Assembly: GCA_963668625.2 (NCBI GenBank)
Contig: CAXXKA010000004.1
Span: 1 to 64,000 of the forward strand
DNA: 64,000 nucleotides
Direction of reading: 5' to 3'
DNA from: an uncultured candidate division Zixibacteria bacterium
Lineage (GTDB): Bacteria; Zixibacteria; MSB-5A5; UBA10806; 4484-95
Shown: one piece after another, positions 41,802-53,300 of the stretch
Position numbering within the stretch: position 1 is the first letter of the stretch
Layout: every line of letters starts with the position of its first letter
Made by a program: the position numbers and the translations under genes
The notes under the pieces: model-generated
What the model saw: only the letters and a program-made list of their open reading frames with translations
Told to the model about the DNA's origin: nothing
Database searches by the model: none

Positions 41802-43004
41802 ATGAAAAAACAACTGTTGTTGGCTATCAGTCTTATTGCAATCGCTATTAGTGTTTTGCAAGCGCAGGGAGTAAATGATGATACCCAACTAAAACCTTAT
41901 ATCGATGCATTGAAAACCGAGGGTAAAAACCCTTTCGAGTTCGTGCTCAAGAAATTCGATATTTACGACCTGCTTATTTTCGATGATGCTCTACACACGG
42001 CAGTTGAACCGTTCGATTTCTATCAGGAGCTTATCAAGAAACCGGCGTTCCATAATAAAGTTAAAAATATTTTTGTCGAGGTAATTCCTATCAGCAAACA
42101 GGCCGCTGTCGATGATTACCTCCGGACGGTACCGGAAAATGTCGAACTACTCTACCCCGCTTTCCAGAACGATCTCAACGCCGAGGGTTGGCCGTATAAA
42201 ACCTATTTCGATTTGCTTCACACTATCTACACGGTCAACCAAACATTGCCGGATGATGAGAAACTGAATGTAATAGGTGTCGCCAGCCCCACCTACTGGT
42301 ATGAGATCAAAAACTCGCGTGAATTGAAGCAATTCAGGAAGTCGCTTCGAGCCTTCGACTATATGATGTATATAACAATCGCCGATCAGATGGAGAATTT
42401 CAACAGCGACAAAAAAGCTATATTCCTGACAAATACCCGTCACGCCTACAAGGGTATTAAAACCAGCAGCGGCAACTACTACTGGAATGTCGGGACATTT
42501 CTGAATCAATGGCACCCCGGCAAAACGTACTCGGTGCATTTTCATTCGCTGTATTTGTTTATCGATCGGAACTACCAGATGAAATTTGACCGTATCGCTG
42601 ATGGTATCTGGGATTACGCTTTTAAGACCAACGGTAACGTGCCAATCGCCATACCTCTTAAAAACAACGCCTTCGGCAATGAAAGCTATATTGGAAATCT
42701 TATGCTGAATGTAGCACCCGGCCAAACCATGTATGATGCTTACGATGCCTTGATCTTTTTAGCGCCTGTTGAGACATTACATAAAACCGCAATGGTTGAT
42801 TTTATCTACACAGATGATTTCAAGAAAGAGCTTCAGAGACGGGCTGGTTATTTATATACTGAGGATGAGATAAGTGCCATGCTCAGCAAATACGGTTCGA
42901 AAAACATAGCAGAGCTAATTGATGCCTTTACCGTATATCAAGCGAAGGTACTTATGCCGCAGGCGCAGTCTATCAGCCCTATTGATGCGTGGAAAAATAA
43001 ATAG
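41802..43004 (+). CDS. Secreted hypothetical protein (possible EreA/ChaN/TraB-like fold)
   Basis: Signal peptide; LIFDDALH...IFVE and TNTRHA loosely resemble that superfamily (weak inference). Confidence 0.6.
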   Translation: MKKQLLLAISLIAIAISVLQAQGVNDDTQLKPYIDALKTEGKNPFEFVLKKFDIYDLLIFDDALHTAVEPFDFYQELIKKPAFHNKVKNIFVEVIPISKQAAVDDYLRTVPENVELLYPAFQNDLNAEGWPYKTYFDLLHTIYTVNQTLPDDEKLNVIGVASPTYWYEIKNSRELKQFRKSLRAFDYMMYITIADQMENFNSDKKAIFLTNTRHAYKGIKTSSGNYYWNVGTFLNQWHPGKTYSVHFHSLYLFIDRNYQMKFDRIADGIWDYAFKTNGNVPIAIPLKNNAFGNESYIGNLMLNVAPGQTMYDAYDALIFLAPVETLHKTAMVDFIYTDDFKKELQRRAGYLYTEDEISAMLSKYGSKNIAELIDAFTVYQAKVLMPQAQSISPIDAWKNK

Positions 43005-43289
43005 TATCGATTTGCCTGTTGTTAGAAATCCTCGCTGGCATATTTGATAGTCAATAACAAATTAAGTATCAACACTGAGAGCCGCCCATACTTTGTGGCT
43101 GGCACGTGCCCTGAGACTGCCAGCCAAAGTATATCCTCATGGGGCCCCGGTGACGCCTTACCCGCCCTCAAAGGAGTCCTTGCCTGCAAATTAGCCCAAT
43201 CTAAATAATTGAATTAGAGCGGCCGCGGAACATTAAACCTGCCTTTGTTGTTGACTTATAATACTTTAATTAAAACGGAGGATTATGAG

Positions 43290-43493
43290 ATGATGAAGAA
43301 TATCGGATCGATCGATCGAATCATTCGGATCGTATTAGGCTTAGCTGTGATATCGCTTGTATTCTGGGGTCCTAAATCATACTGGGGACTATTAGGTTTA
43401 ATACCGCTGGGCACCGCTCTTTTCGGTTGGTGTCCACCCTATTCACTGCTGGGAATTTCCACCTATAAGATGAAGACCGAGAAACCGGCTTAA
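43290..43493 (+). CDS. DUF2892 (YgaP-like) small membrane protein
   Basis: N.G.IDR.IR...G.CP.Y.LLGIST; GGAGG RBS. Confidence 0.9.
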   Translation: MMKNIGSIDRIIRIVLGLAVISLVFWGPKSYWGLLGLIPLGTALFGWCPPYSLLGISTYKMKTEKPA

Positions 43494-43620
43494 GTAGATT
43501 AATTTATTACAACGGTATACAAATACTTATAGCAACTTTGTCGGGTTTCCTAGACTCTGTTAGAATACACTTACTTTAAAACTCTATTTTTATCTCTTGT
43601 TACGATATACGGCAATATCT

Positions 43621-43863
43621 CTCGTTGCGAAGCGTTGCTTCGTAATGATGCTGAGTGTGGCAGAGAAATACATTTCTGCCACCGCAAACAAGGTTCCAAA
43701 GCGGCGCTTTGGAACCAGAGTGAGGGAGTATGACGCTTTGGAATAAGTTTGAAACTCTTCCCCCTCGTTACGAAGCGCTGCTTCGTAATGATGCTGAATG
43801 TGGCTGAGATGTACATTTCTGCCACCGCAGACAAGGTTCCAAAGCGGCGCTTTGGAACCAGAG
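43621..43863. repeat. REP-doublet array left of the RAYT (2 units, 143-bp period)
   Basis: Units start at 43621 and 43764: CTCGTTACGAAGCGCTGCTTCGTAA - TGTGGCAGA...TCTGCCAC - GGTTCCAAAGCGGCGCTTTGGAACCAGAG. Confidence 0.92.
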
Positions 43864-43959
43864 GGTGCGGTTGAATTAGCTTCTAGCCATTTTCAACTTG
43901 AATTATTATTCCAGAATCGATACATTAAACATAATGTAAATCGTTTTGGTTGATATGCG

Positions 43960-44490
43960 ATGAGATCAAGATATAAAGTATTTTCAGATAATAAGACTTA
44001 TTTTATTACATCATCAATAGTTAAATGGATACCATTATTTAATGAGGTAGTATTCAAGGAATTAATTGTTAATTCTTTAAAATATAGAATTGATAAGAAG
44101 CAGTTAGAATTGCACGCATACGTGATTATGCCTAATCACATTCATCTAATTATTTCATCAGAAAATGTCGCGAAGTTTATGAAGGATTTTAAAAGTTATA
44201 CAGCAAGGCAAGTTATAGATTCTTTAAAATATCAAAAACGAATAGCAATGTTAAAAAGATTTTCATGTTTTAAGAAAAGCTATAAGAAAGAATCGACTTT
44301 TCAGGTATGGCAGGAAGGATATCATCCAGAAATGATAATCAATCAGGATATGTTTAATCAAAAAACAGAGTATATACATAGTAATCCGGTTAGAGCTGGA
44401 TTAATTGAACAAGCTGAAGATTGGAAGTATTCAAGTCTTTCTAATTATATTGATGATAGCGGATTACTTCCGATTGTGAAGATTTATTAA
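43960..44490 (+). CDS. REP-associated tyrosine transposase (RAYT/TnpA-REP, HUH Y1)
   Basis: YFIT, VIMPNHIH (HUH), WQEGY, YIHSNPVRAGL, W.YSS; flanked by REP arrays. Confidence 0.93.
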   Translation: MRSRYKVFSDNKTYFITSSIVKWIPLFNEVVFKELIVNSLKYRIDKKQLELHAYVIMPNHIHLIISSENVAKFMKDFKSYTARQVIDSLKYQKRIAMLKRFSCFKKSYKKESTFQVWQEGYHPEMIINQDMFNQKTEYIHSNPVRAGLIEQAEDWKYSSLSNYIDDSGLLPIVKIY

Positions 44491-44504
44491 CATAGCCTCC
44501 CCCC

Positions 44505-44775
44505 CTCGTTACGAAGCGCTGCTTCGTAACGCTGTTGAATGTGACAGAGAAATACATTTTTGCCACCGCAAACAAGGTTCCAAAGCGGCGCTTTGGAACC
44601 AGAGTGAGGGAGTATGACGCTTTGGAATAAGTTTGAAACTCTCCCCCCTCGTTACGAAGCGCTGCTTCGTAACGCTGTTGAATGTGGCAGAGAAATACAT
44701 TTTTGCCACCGCAAGCGGGATTCCAAAGCAGCGCTTTGGAATCAGTGCGTGGTTGTAGCGATTTGGAATCAGAGA
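44505..44775. repeat. REP-doublet array right of the RAYT (2 units, 143-bp period)
   Basis: Units start at 44505 and 44648; same sequence and orientation as the left array. Confidence 0.92.
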
Positions 44776-44785
44776 AGCAGTGCTC

Positions 44786-47047
44786 TTACCCCATCGCCCT
44801 CAACAACACCGCCGCCGATATCTTCCCCTTCTCCCCCACCTCCAGCATCGGGCCTACGCAGGAGGGGCAGCCTGACTCGCAGGGGCATTTGCTCAGGTAG
44901 TCCGAGGCCGCGTGGATGATCTCCTCGTACATCAGGTAGATTTTGCGGGAGAAACCTACTCCGCCGGGGTAGCTGTCGTAGATATAGATCGTGGGCAGCT
45001 CCTGATGCGGCGATTTCACCATCGACACGGAACGTATATCCGAGGGATCGGACATTATCCATAGCGGCACTATCTGCCTCAATAGATGCGCGCATCCGCG
45101 AAGACCGCCGCCGAGCTGCTCTTTGGTCAGGTTCAGCGATTCGGTCAACTGCTCGGGCAGGCTTACCCAGAACGAGGTCGTGTGCACGGTTTGCTCGGGA
45201 AGGTTAACCCGTCCCCAGCCGACATTCTCATGCGTGTTGAACCGTATTTTCTTGTAGTTGACCACGACCCGGGTGACCGCGACATCCCCCCAACCGCGTA
45301 TGATGCCCGATTCGGACTCGCCATCTGTATGCAATGTCTTGATCGATACTTTCGATTCCGAGTCGGTGAAATATTCGACCTCGACAGGCACGGCATAAGC
45401 TCGTTTGCCCTCCCAGTCCAGCTCTGTTATCTGGTATTGACGGGTCTGGTGAAGGTATATCGCCTCGGGATGTATCAGTTCGGGCGCGGTGAACTCATCG
45501 ATCTCGCCGATAATGCGGCCATGATCGTTTTTATCCATTATAACGAAATTTTCCGGCGAGGCCGAACGTAGCGAGATATCGGTGGCCGGGTAGGTCTCCG
45601 AGGTGTAATGGAACTGATCGTTGGAGCGATGCACCAGCCGCTCGGTAGCCAGATGTTCCATTATCTGCTCGATAGGTGCGGCCCCGAATTTCTCATCGAC
45701 TTTAACCGGCAGCTCGAACGCGGCGCACTTGAGATGCGACACCATCAGGATGAGATTATCCGGATCGATTATCCCCGACTCGGGAGTTTTGCCGAAAAAA
45801 TACTCCGGGTGATTCATTAAAAATTGATCGAGTGGCGCTGAGGATGCTACCAGTATCGCCAGCGAGATATCGTTTTTCCGTCCGGCTCTGCCCGCCTGCT
45901 GCCAGGTCGAGGCGACAGCGCCGGGATAGCCGGCCATGATCGAGACATCCAGCCCGCCGATATCGATACCCAGCTCGAGCGCGTTGGTGGAGATCACGCC
46001 CTTAATCGTGCCATCCCGCAGACCGCGCTCTATAGCTCGCCGCTCGTTAGGCAGGTACCCCCCGCGATAACCGCAGATCAATTTCGGCGAGAGCTTCCGG
46101 GCCGACATCTGATCCTTGATATAGCGAGTCAGCACTTCTACTCTCACCCGCGAACGGGCAAACGTGATCGTTTGAATACCGTTTGTCACGAACTGCGTAG
46201 CCAGCCGGGCGGCCTCTTTAATTACGGAGGCGCGTATGCCAAGCTGGGTGTTCACCACCGGCGGATTGTACAACACGAAATGTTTCTCACCGGTTGGAGC
46301 CCCGCTTTTATCGATTAGCTCCATCTTGCGACCGGTGATTTTCTCGGCCAGCTCATCGGGATTGCCAATAGTTGCCGAGCAGCAGATAAACTGCGGGTTC
46401 GAGCCATAGAACTCGCATAACCGTCGCAAACGCCTGAGTACGTTAGCCAGATGTGACCCGAATACGCCCCGGTAATGGTGAAGCTCATCGATTACGATAT
46501 AGCGTAGTTTCTCGAACAGCTTGATCCAGAGCGTGTGATGCGGCAATACTCCGGCGTGAAGCATATCCGGGTTGGTAACCACGATATGCCCGGCTTTGCG
46601 GATCGCGGAGCGCGCCGATGACGGCGTATCGCCATCGAAAGTGTATGTTTTAATATCAACATCAAGCGCCTCCACCTGGCCGTAGAGCTCGTTTACCTGA
46701 TCGGAGGAAAGCGCTTTTGTTGGGAAAAGATATAACGCCCGCGCCTCCGGATCATCCTTTAAAAGCGTGTTCAACACCGGCAAATTGTAGCACATCGACT
46801 TACCCGAGGCAGTTGGCGTAACCACCACGAAATCTTTACCCTGCTCGGCCAGCTCGAATGCCTCCACCTGATGGCTAAAGAGCCTATAGATATTCTTATT
46901 CTCGAGAATGCTAATCAGCCTTTTATCGAGTCCGGCAGGGAACGGTTTATAGCTCCCCTCAGTTGCCGGAAAAGTCTGCCATTTGATTATATTTCTGTTG
47001 TATCTCTGATCGCTTTTTAGCTGATCGATCGCCTGTCTCAAGTTCAT
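44786..47047 (-). CDS. DEAD/DEAH-box helicase with DUF1998 (MrfA/Hrq1/SftH family)
   Basis: TPTASGKS, FPTKAL, TNPDML, DELH, SAT, QQAGRAGR; C-terminal YD..PGG.G...CPC..GCPSC. Confidence 0.92.
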   Translation of the reverse strand: MNLRQAIDQLKSDQRYNRNIIKWQTFPATEGSYKPFPAGLDKRLISILENKNIYRLFSHQVEAFELAEQGKDFVVVTPTASGKSMCYNLPVLNTLLKDDPEARALYLFPTKALSSDQVNELYGQVEALDVDIKTYTFDGDTPSSARSAIRKAGHIVVTNPDMLHAGVLPHHTLWIKLFEKLRYIVIDELHHYRGVFGSHLANVLRRLRRLCEFYGSNPQFICCSATIGNPDELAEKITGRKMELIDKSGAPTGEKHFVLYNPPVVNTQLGIRASVIKEAARLATQFVTNGIQTITFARSRVRVEVLTRYIKDQMSARKLSPKLICGYRGGYLPNERRAIERGLRDGTIKGVISTNALELGIDIGGLDVSIMAGYPGAVASTWQQAGRAGRKNDISLAILVASSAPLDQFLMNHPEYFFGKTPESGIIDPDNLILMVSHLKCAAFELPVKVDEKFGAAPIEQIMEHLATERLVHRSNDQFHYTSETYPATDISLRSASPENFVIMDKNDHGRIIGEIDEFTAPELIHPEAIYLHQTRQYQITELDWEGKRAYAVPVEVEYFTDSESKVSIKTLHTDGESESGIIRGWGDVAVTRVVVNYKKIRFNTHENVGWGRVNLPEQTVHTTSFWVSLPEQLTESLNLTKEQLGGGLRGCAHLLRQIVPLWIMSDPSDIRSVSMVKSPHQELPTIYIYDSYPGGVGFSRKIYLMYEEIIHAASDYLSKCPCESGCPSCVGPMLEVGEKGKISAAVLLRAMG

Positions 47048-47647
47048 TATTTTATCTCCGAGTTATTACATACTGCTCATATGGGTAGTATATATTCAAA
47101 AAGTCTACTGATGGTCAAGAAATAAAAGTCAGCAATTTTAATATGACAAAAACAGCTTATAATATAGATGGGTAGATTTATCGAAAAAGTGCTTGACTAT
47201 GACTTATTGGATGTACTAAATTTTAGAAGCTTTGAGACTCGTTGGTCACACATCAATAATTAAATAAACATTAAATAACTATCACCATTGAATAAGAATC
47301 GATGCTGGTCTATGGCATTAGAATCGAATTTCAGCAATGAAATCCTCTAGTTAAGAACATAAAGGATTCATTGAAGTAAAGTTATAAAATTCATTCTAAA
47401 TGGAAATCAGGGTATTACAATAAAGCGATCTGCAGCTCACTTTGTTGTGATAATATTGATTATTGCGACTACTTGCATGCTTGTATTTAATTTTCGGTAA
47501 TGGAGGTAAACGCTATTATTCGCCATGTTTTATCCACTCTAAGTTTGGAGTAAGACAATTAGGTGAAGCGAGAATTATTTCACAGGCAGAAATTAGGGAG
47601 TAACAATTAGCTAAAATTCTACCTAGAAATTTGACAAGGAGTATAAA

Positions 47648-49270
47648 ATGAATGCAAACAATATTCGATATAGTAAGCTGGTGTTTTTAATTATTCTCTG
47701 CGCCTTCACACTTCTTGCAAAACCTGCTCTTAGCGTAAATAGGCCTGAAGTGACAATTACATTTCCATCCAAAGATCCCTGCCTCATATCACAAACTTGT
47801 GATGACCCCCACGATGATTGTATATTTAACCTTACAGTAACATTCGCATTTGATAGTAAAGACGCAGGCCAAAATGTCACAAAAGCTGAGTACCGTACTA
47901 ATGTCGGAGATCCATGGGTTAACATAACCGGCAACTGCGGCCAATTGCCCAATGTATCCGGCAATTGTACATTTAATTTCCAAAGGAACGTAAGTTGCCC
48001 GGGTACAGATAAATTTGACTTTGAAGTTAGAATTACTGATGCTGATGGAACGGATAAAGAGGAGATTACTTTCAAATTGTCATGTATAGAAGAGGAAAAA
48101 CAAGTAGGAATGACACCGGGCTTTCCACCGGGATGCCTGCCTTACTCGAATAACGAACGAGTTGTCACTTGTGCTTATAACCTTATCAACACCGACTCAC
48201 TAGATCATACATACCAGGTATTTTTCTCTCAATCCCTAGATTGGCTTACGATACCATTACCATTCCCCTATGTTACTTTAGCTGAAGACCAAGATACAAC
48301 ACTGTATTTTGATGTGATAATACCGGGAGGCACTATAATTGGGACAGAAAACGCTTTCTATTTTACGGCGGTAGATGTTAGCGATGAAGCTACGATGAAT
48401 TCAGATACATCGTATATATCTATTTGCAATGAGATCCCATCCCCCCCTGAACTGGTATTCTATGTTTCTCAACCCGGCGATAGTGTTGATATCATGGCGC
48501 CTCTGCATCCTGATACCTTATGTGAATATGAAGAGGTCGAAGATGTGGACAGCTGCTATTCGATTGGTCCCTGCTGCACTATGGTCATTCACTGGCTTTC
48601 CGGCCCTGATTCTTGCACTTACACAATAGCTCACATTACAGATGTTATCACTGTAAACCGTGTTGGCGAAGCTGATTCGGAACCGGTAGGCAAATATAAT
48701 ATTTGCGACTCTATTTATTACCACTTTAAAAGTGGCCCGGACTCCTGTCAGACATTTCGCTATCATGTTGAAGCAATTGGCCATATTGAGTTCCCTGATC
48801 AGGTTTTTTGCCGTAGTGTAATTCTACTTAGGTTTGACCCGATACCTGGCGCTTGCTGCCTTGATGATGTCTGTGAATTAACCACAACGGATTTCGGTTG
48901 CAACAGTATTGGCGGTAACTGGTCCGAGGGTGAAACCTGCCCAGAATTCGATTGCTTGGCCAACTATGAATACCTCCCCGGTGATGCCAACATGTATGCC
49001 GGACAGTGGCCACCAATTGTGATCGGCGCGGATGTAACCTACCTGGTTAACTACTTCCGAGGAATATCCTTCCCCTGCATATTGGATGGTTTCTATGCTT
49101 CAGGGGATGCTAACGGTGATTGCGCAGTAATCGGCTCTGACGTTACATATCTGGTACAGTATTTCCGAGGCGCTAATACGATTCGATATTGCCCCGATTA
49201 CCAGCCGGCATGGCCTTCTCCCAGTGATCTGCCTCCGAGTGCGCCATCAGGTTGGCCGAACTGCGAATAG
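47648..49270 (+). CDS. Cys-rich secreted protein with C-terminal dockerin-like domain
   Basis: Signal peptide; Ig-like segments; GACC..C..C..C module; paired GDAN...DVTYLV.YFR repeats. Confidence 0.85.
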   Translation: MNANNIRYSKLVFLIILCAFTLLAKPALSVNRPEVTITFPSKDPCLISQTCDDPHDDCIFNLTVTFAFDSKDAGQNVTKAEYRTNVGDPWVNITGNCGQLPNVSGNCTFNFQRNVSCPGTDKFDFEVRITDADGTDKEEITFKLSCIEEEKQVGMTPGFPPGCLPYSNNERVVTCAYNLINTDSLDHTYQVFFSQSLDWLTIPLPFPYVTLAEDQDTTLYFDVIIPGGTIIGTENAFYFTAVDVSDEATMNSDTSYISICNEIPSPPELVFYVSQPGDSVDIMAPLHPDTLCEYEEVEDVDSCYSIGPCCTMVIHWLSGPDSCTYTIAHITDVITVNRVGEADSEPVGKYNICDSIYYHFKSGPDSCQTFRYHVEAIGHIEFPDQVFCRSVILLRFDPIPGACCLDDVCELTTTDFGCNSIGGNWSEGETCPEFDCLANYEYLPGDANMYAGQWPPIVIGADVTYLVNYFRGISFPCILDGFYASGDANGDCAVIGSDVTYLVQYFRGANTIRYCPDYQPAWPSPSDLPPSAPSGWPNCE

Positions 49271-49296
49271 CAACCGTTTACATCTGTTAATCATAC

Positions 49297-49325
49297 TGCC
49301 AGGGTATCATTTTCGATACCCTGGT
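49297..49325 (+). terminator. Stem-loop downstream of the gene
   Basis: ccagggtatc-attttc-gataccctgg. Confidence 0.5.
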
Positions 49326-49772
49326 AATTGCAAACTTGTATCTCAACCGAACATATTCACGTGAATATTGAATTGGATTGAGCTAAACAAAAATATTAGG
49401 AAGCTGTATTAAAACAAAGTTTTTCAAATACAAATCAGCTTAGTATTCGCATAAAAACGTATTGATCAGGAGGATATTCAATACTTTTCAGTAGATTTTC
49501 TTTTGTGGGGCAAGGAGTAATTGGAAAAACAATGGAAATCAAATCTCAATCTCTTCGTAGTATAAATAAACGCTCTCAAGAACTATTAATGTGCTTTGTG
49601 TTTATTATATTTTTCTCACCCTTTAGTATTACGCACCGGTCTGGCTTACTCCGGATGATCTACCATCGACTGCGCCGACAGGTTGGCTAAACTACGACAT
49701 TCAGATATCAAGGTAGCAGATCGTAGTCATACAACACCTATTGTATCGAGTAATAGTGCAGCTAAATTTTAC

Positions 49773-49801
49773 TTGACAAGATAATAACTCTGTGCTATTT
49801 T
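49773..49801 (+). promoter_or_regulatory. Putative sigma70 promoter with extended -10
   Basis: TTGACA-N17-TATTTT with TG at 49793..49794. Confidence 0.6.
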
Positions 49802-50383
49802 TAATTAGTTTGAGTAAATATGTTTAAAGATTAATAAAGCTATTTGCTTTAGCTATCGCCTCCACAGGGCATTCTGGTACGTTGTTGGCAACAGGAGGAA
49901 TCATTTTTCATAAGATTAAATACTTTAAGAGTACAAAGTTGTTATGATTGATATATAGTTGAATAAAATGCTTTTAAGCTTCTTTAATAGAATCTTTTAA
50001 GATCAGGAAAAGGTTTTTCAGGTAATTGGAAGGGTAAACACTTAGGAAAGGTAAAGATTGGAGGAATTAGGTTAGCAGTTTTTAAAAGATCTTCTCGATT
50101 CGCCGCAGGATCGCGGTGAGGTCAATTTACTTACAAATTCTTTGCGTTAGAGGTGCTGTTTTAGGATAGCGTCCCACGTGGTATTGGGTTGGGAACCTGG
50201 CAACATTTGATCGACATTACTATATCCTTTCTCCTTACGGGTGGGTTGTTATGTTAAACAGTGCTTAAGATTTAGGAGTTTGCGTAACTGAATCAATTAA
50301 CCGTAATAAATCGGAAATCAGGAAAAGGTAATCAGGATTATTGAAGTGAAAAAATATCTCCAACAGTATTTATGGAGGAAAGA

Positions 50384-53300
50384 ATGAAGAAAAGCACTTT
50401 TGTAGCAGTACTCTGCTTTGTAATCTTTGGCACTTTTTCGGTTTGGGCAGGCATTTCAACCTCGAATATTGCCGACCAGAGCGTAGCTCAACTTCCGGCC
50501 CAGTCTGATTTACAGGCCAAGATTGCTCTTTACGGAAATGATTCATATCAGCCATTAAGATTAGATACCGAGGTCACCGGTGACGACTGCAGCGATCCTT
50601 TCGTAATCACTGCTTTCCCTTACCAGGATACTCAGGATAATACTGGTTTCGCAGATGACTATAATTACAACAGCAGCTTATCCGGCCCGGATGTTGTATA
50701 TGAATTTACACTAACTGAATGCAAAGACGTTACTATCTCGCTCTGTAATTCGCCGGATAATACAATGGATTTGGCCGTTGCACTATATGGCCCGAGCGAC
50801 TGCGGCGGCACGGCAATCGGTTTCGATGATGATGCCTGTGTTGCCCCGGATTTTGGTACACCTGAATTAGCAGCCAGGCTCGAGGCCGGTACCTACCATT
50901 TCATCATCGATGCTTATGATGGATTCCTGGGCACTTACGTTGTCGATGTCACAGTCGAGGACTGCCCGGCTCCCCCGGCTTATGATGAATGCACTGACGT
51001 TACCCCGTCAGACTCCGTTCTGGCTATCGGCAGCAGCTTGAATTATGTTGGCGATAATACCGGTGCTACTGCCGAGGGTAACTGCGATTCACTCAGCACA
51101 GAATCCTCCTGGATCGGTTTTTCGACCACGGAATTATCTGATGTTAAAATCGAGTTCTGCGGTACGGATCCGGTTCGTCAGGGCTACTATCGCGTGCTTT
51201 CCGCGTATTGTCCTTGCGACGGCAATAATTTCTATTTTGCCTCCGATGAGAACTATACCGACTGTGCCGATGAAAACCCGACTCTCTATTTCAGCCGTCT
51301 CCCTGCCGGTGACTGGTGGTTCCCGGTTATAGCCGGCCCTACTCTCGAGGGTCCGTACGATATTACCGTCACGGCATCCACTCCCGGTGGTTATTGCGAT
51401 TACACCTGTGACGGCGGCGCGACTCCTGAAGGCGAAGTCTGCGGCGATGACGATAACGGCGGCTGCAACTCCGAGCCTCCGGCGTTCGGTTCGATTAGCT
51501 GCGGCGAACACATTTGTGGTGAGCTCTGGGCCGATGGTACCTCTCGTGATACCGACTGGTTCGCATTCACACCGGCTACCGACACGTTCATTACCTGGAG
51601 CGCGGCGGGCTCAATGCCGATTGCGCTTATTCTTATCGATTACACTGTCGGTTGCGATACTTCAGAAACTGAATATCTCGGCGGTGGCGGTGCCGCGGAA
51701 TGCGATACTATCAGCTTAACCGCTTTCGTGGAAGCCGGTCATAATATCGCCTGCTTCATTTCAACAGATGATATCTATAGTGGTTATCCCTGCGAGGATG
51801 GCCCGTTCTACTATGAGGCATGGTTGACCTGCGAGGTCTTTGAAGCCCCGGAAAACGACAACTGCGTAGACGCCATCGAAATTGGCGAGGTTACCGAATA
51901 TGCCTGGACTAACCTGGGCGCGACTACCGATAACAACGGTACCTGCGGTACCGATCTTCAGGCGGATGTCTGGTATCGTTACACGCCATCCTGCACCGGC
52001 GCGGCGACTCTTGATCTGTGCTTGCCTGAAAACGCCGGTTTTGACACGTATGTAGGTGTATTCACCGATGACTGTGTCGATCACGAATGTATCGTTTTCA
52101 GCGATGATGACTGCGGCGAAGGCGGCGGTCCGTCACAAGCTAGCTGGGATGTAGTGGCCGGTGAGCCGGTACTTCTCTGTCTCGGCGGCTGGGCAGGCAC
52201 TATGGGCGAAGGCCTATTTACGGTATCCTGCTCGCCTCCGGCTACTATCGACGTACAACCTACCTCTGTTTCCGGCGCTGCCGCCCCCGGCGGTGTTGAT
52301 ATGGAAGCTCTGACAGTTTCCAATACCGGTGACGGTACCCTGTACTGGGAAATCATCACATACCAGGATTTCCCGACAATGACCTCCAACTCGAATGGCG
52401 CCCCGATTGGCGAACGCTACTCGATCGACAACGATCTTCTCTCGGCCGAGAAAAATTTCTCATTGGTCGAAAAGGAAGCTTCGGCAGAGAAAAAAGAGGT
52501 TAACGAGAATAACCTGGTTAAGGGTTTACGCGCTGACCAGACCGGTGATTTCCCTGAACCACCTTCGATAACCGATTATTGCGAGATTCTGACAACCGGC
52601 GACGCCTACTATACGGGCGGCAATTGGTTCTCCGGCAGTGAAATGTACGCTGTCTATCAGAATCCCGAAGTTTGCGGCTACTCCCCGACTTATCCGTTCA
52701 CAGTTACCAGTTTGAGTTGGGCCCTGGCCAAGGATGACACCTCCGCCGCTACTGCCGAATATGTCTACTATCAACCTGTCATATTTGGCGCCGACTTGAC
52801 TAATCCATCCTGCCCGGTTCCCGACACGAGCGTATTACTCTATGCCGGTGCGCTTGACTCGGTATTTTTCGAGCCTGGTGATTACTTATGGATTGGCAAT
52901 AATATTTCTGCAGTCGTAAACGGGCCATATTTCATGGCAGTGATCTTCCCGTATACGCATAACTTCATAAGATTACCTCTCGAGCAAACCAATACCGGAA
53001 CCTGTTTATCTTATAACGAGTATGGCAGCGGTTGGATTGACTTAGGAGAGAATGCCTTTAATTTGAACCTGGCCAACTACTGGAGAACCGACGGCTTAAC
53101 CCCGACGGTATGCGATGTTGAATGTCCTGCAGGTGGTATAGCCGAGGCTGAGATTTGCGGCGATGAAAACAACAACGGTTGTAACATGGATCCCGCAACA
53201 TTCGAGACCATCAACTGCAATACTACGATTTGCGGTACTGGTTGGGCAACCGGTGGATTCAGAGATACCGACTGGTATGAATTTACGCTTACCGCACCTA

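Noticed and set aside
43621-44775. Possible CRISPR array (regularly spaced palindromic repeats)
   Set aside because: The sequences between palindromes are themselves repeated rather than unique spacers, the period is 143 bp, there are no cas genes, and the adjacent RAYT explains the repeats
43571-44919. Short ORFs 43571..43834, 44509..44709, 44614..44919 and 44682..44900
   Set aside because: They arise from REP arrays or lie antisense to the helicase
44786-47047. DUF1998 helicase as part of a DISARM or Druantia defence system
   Set aside because: It is a single fused MrfA/Hrq1-type gene with no methylase, DrmA/B or Dru partners nearby; an MrfB exonuclease is not adjacent either
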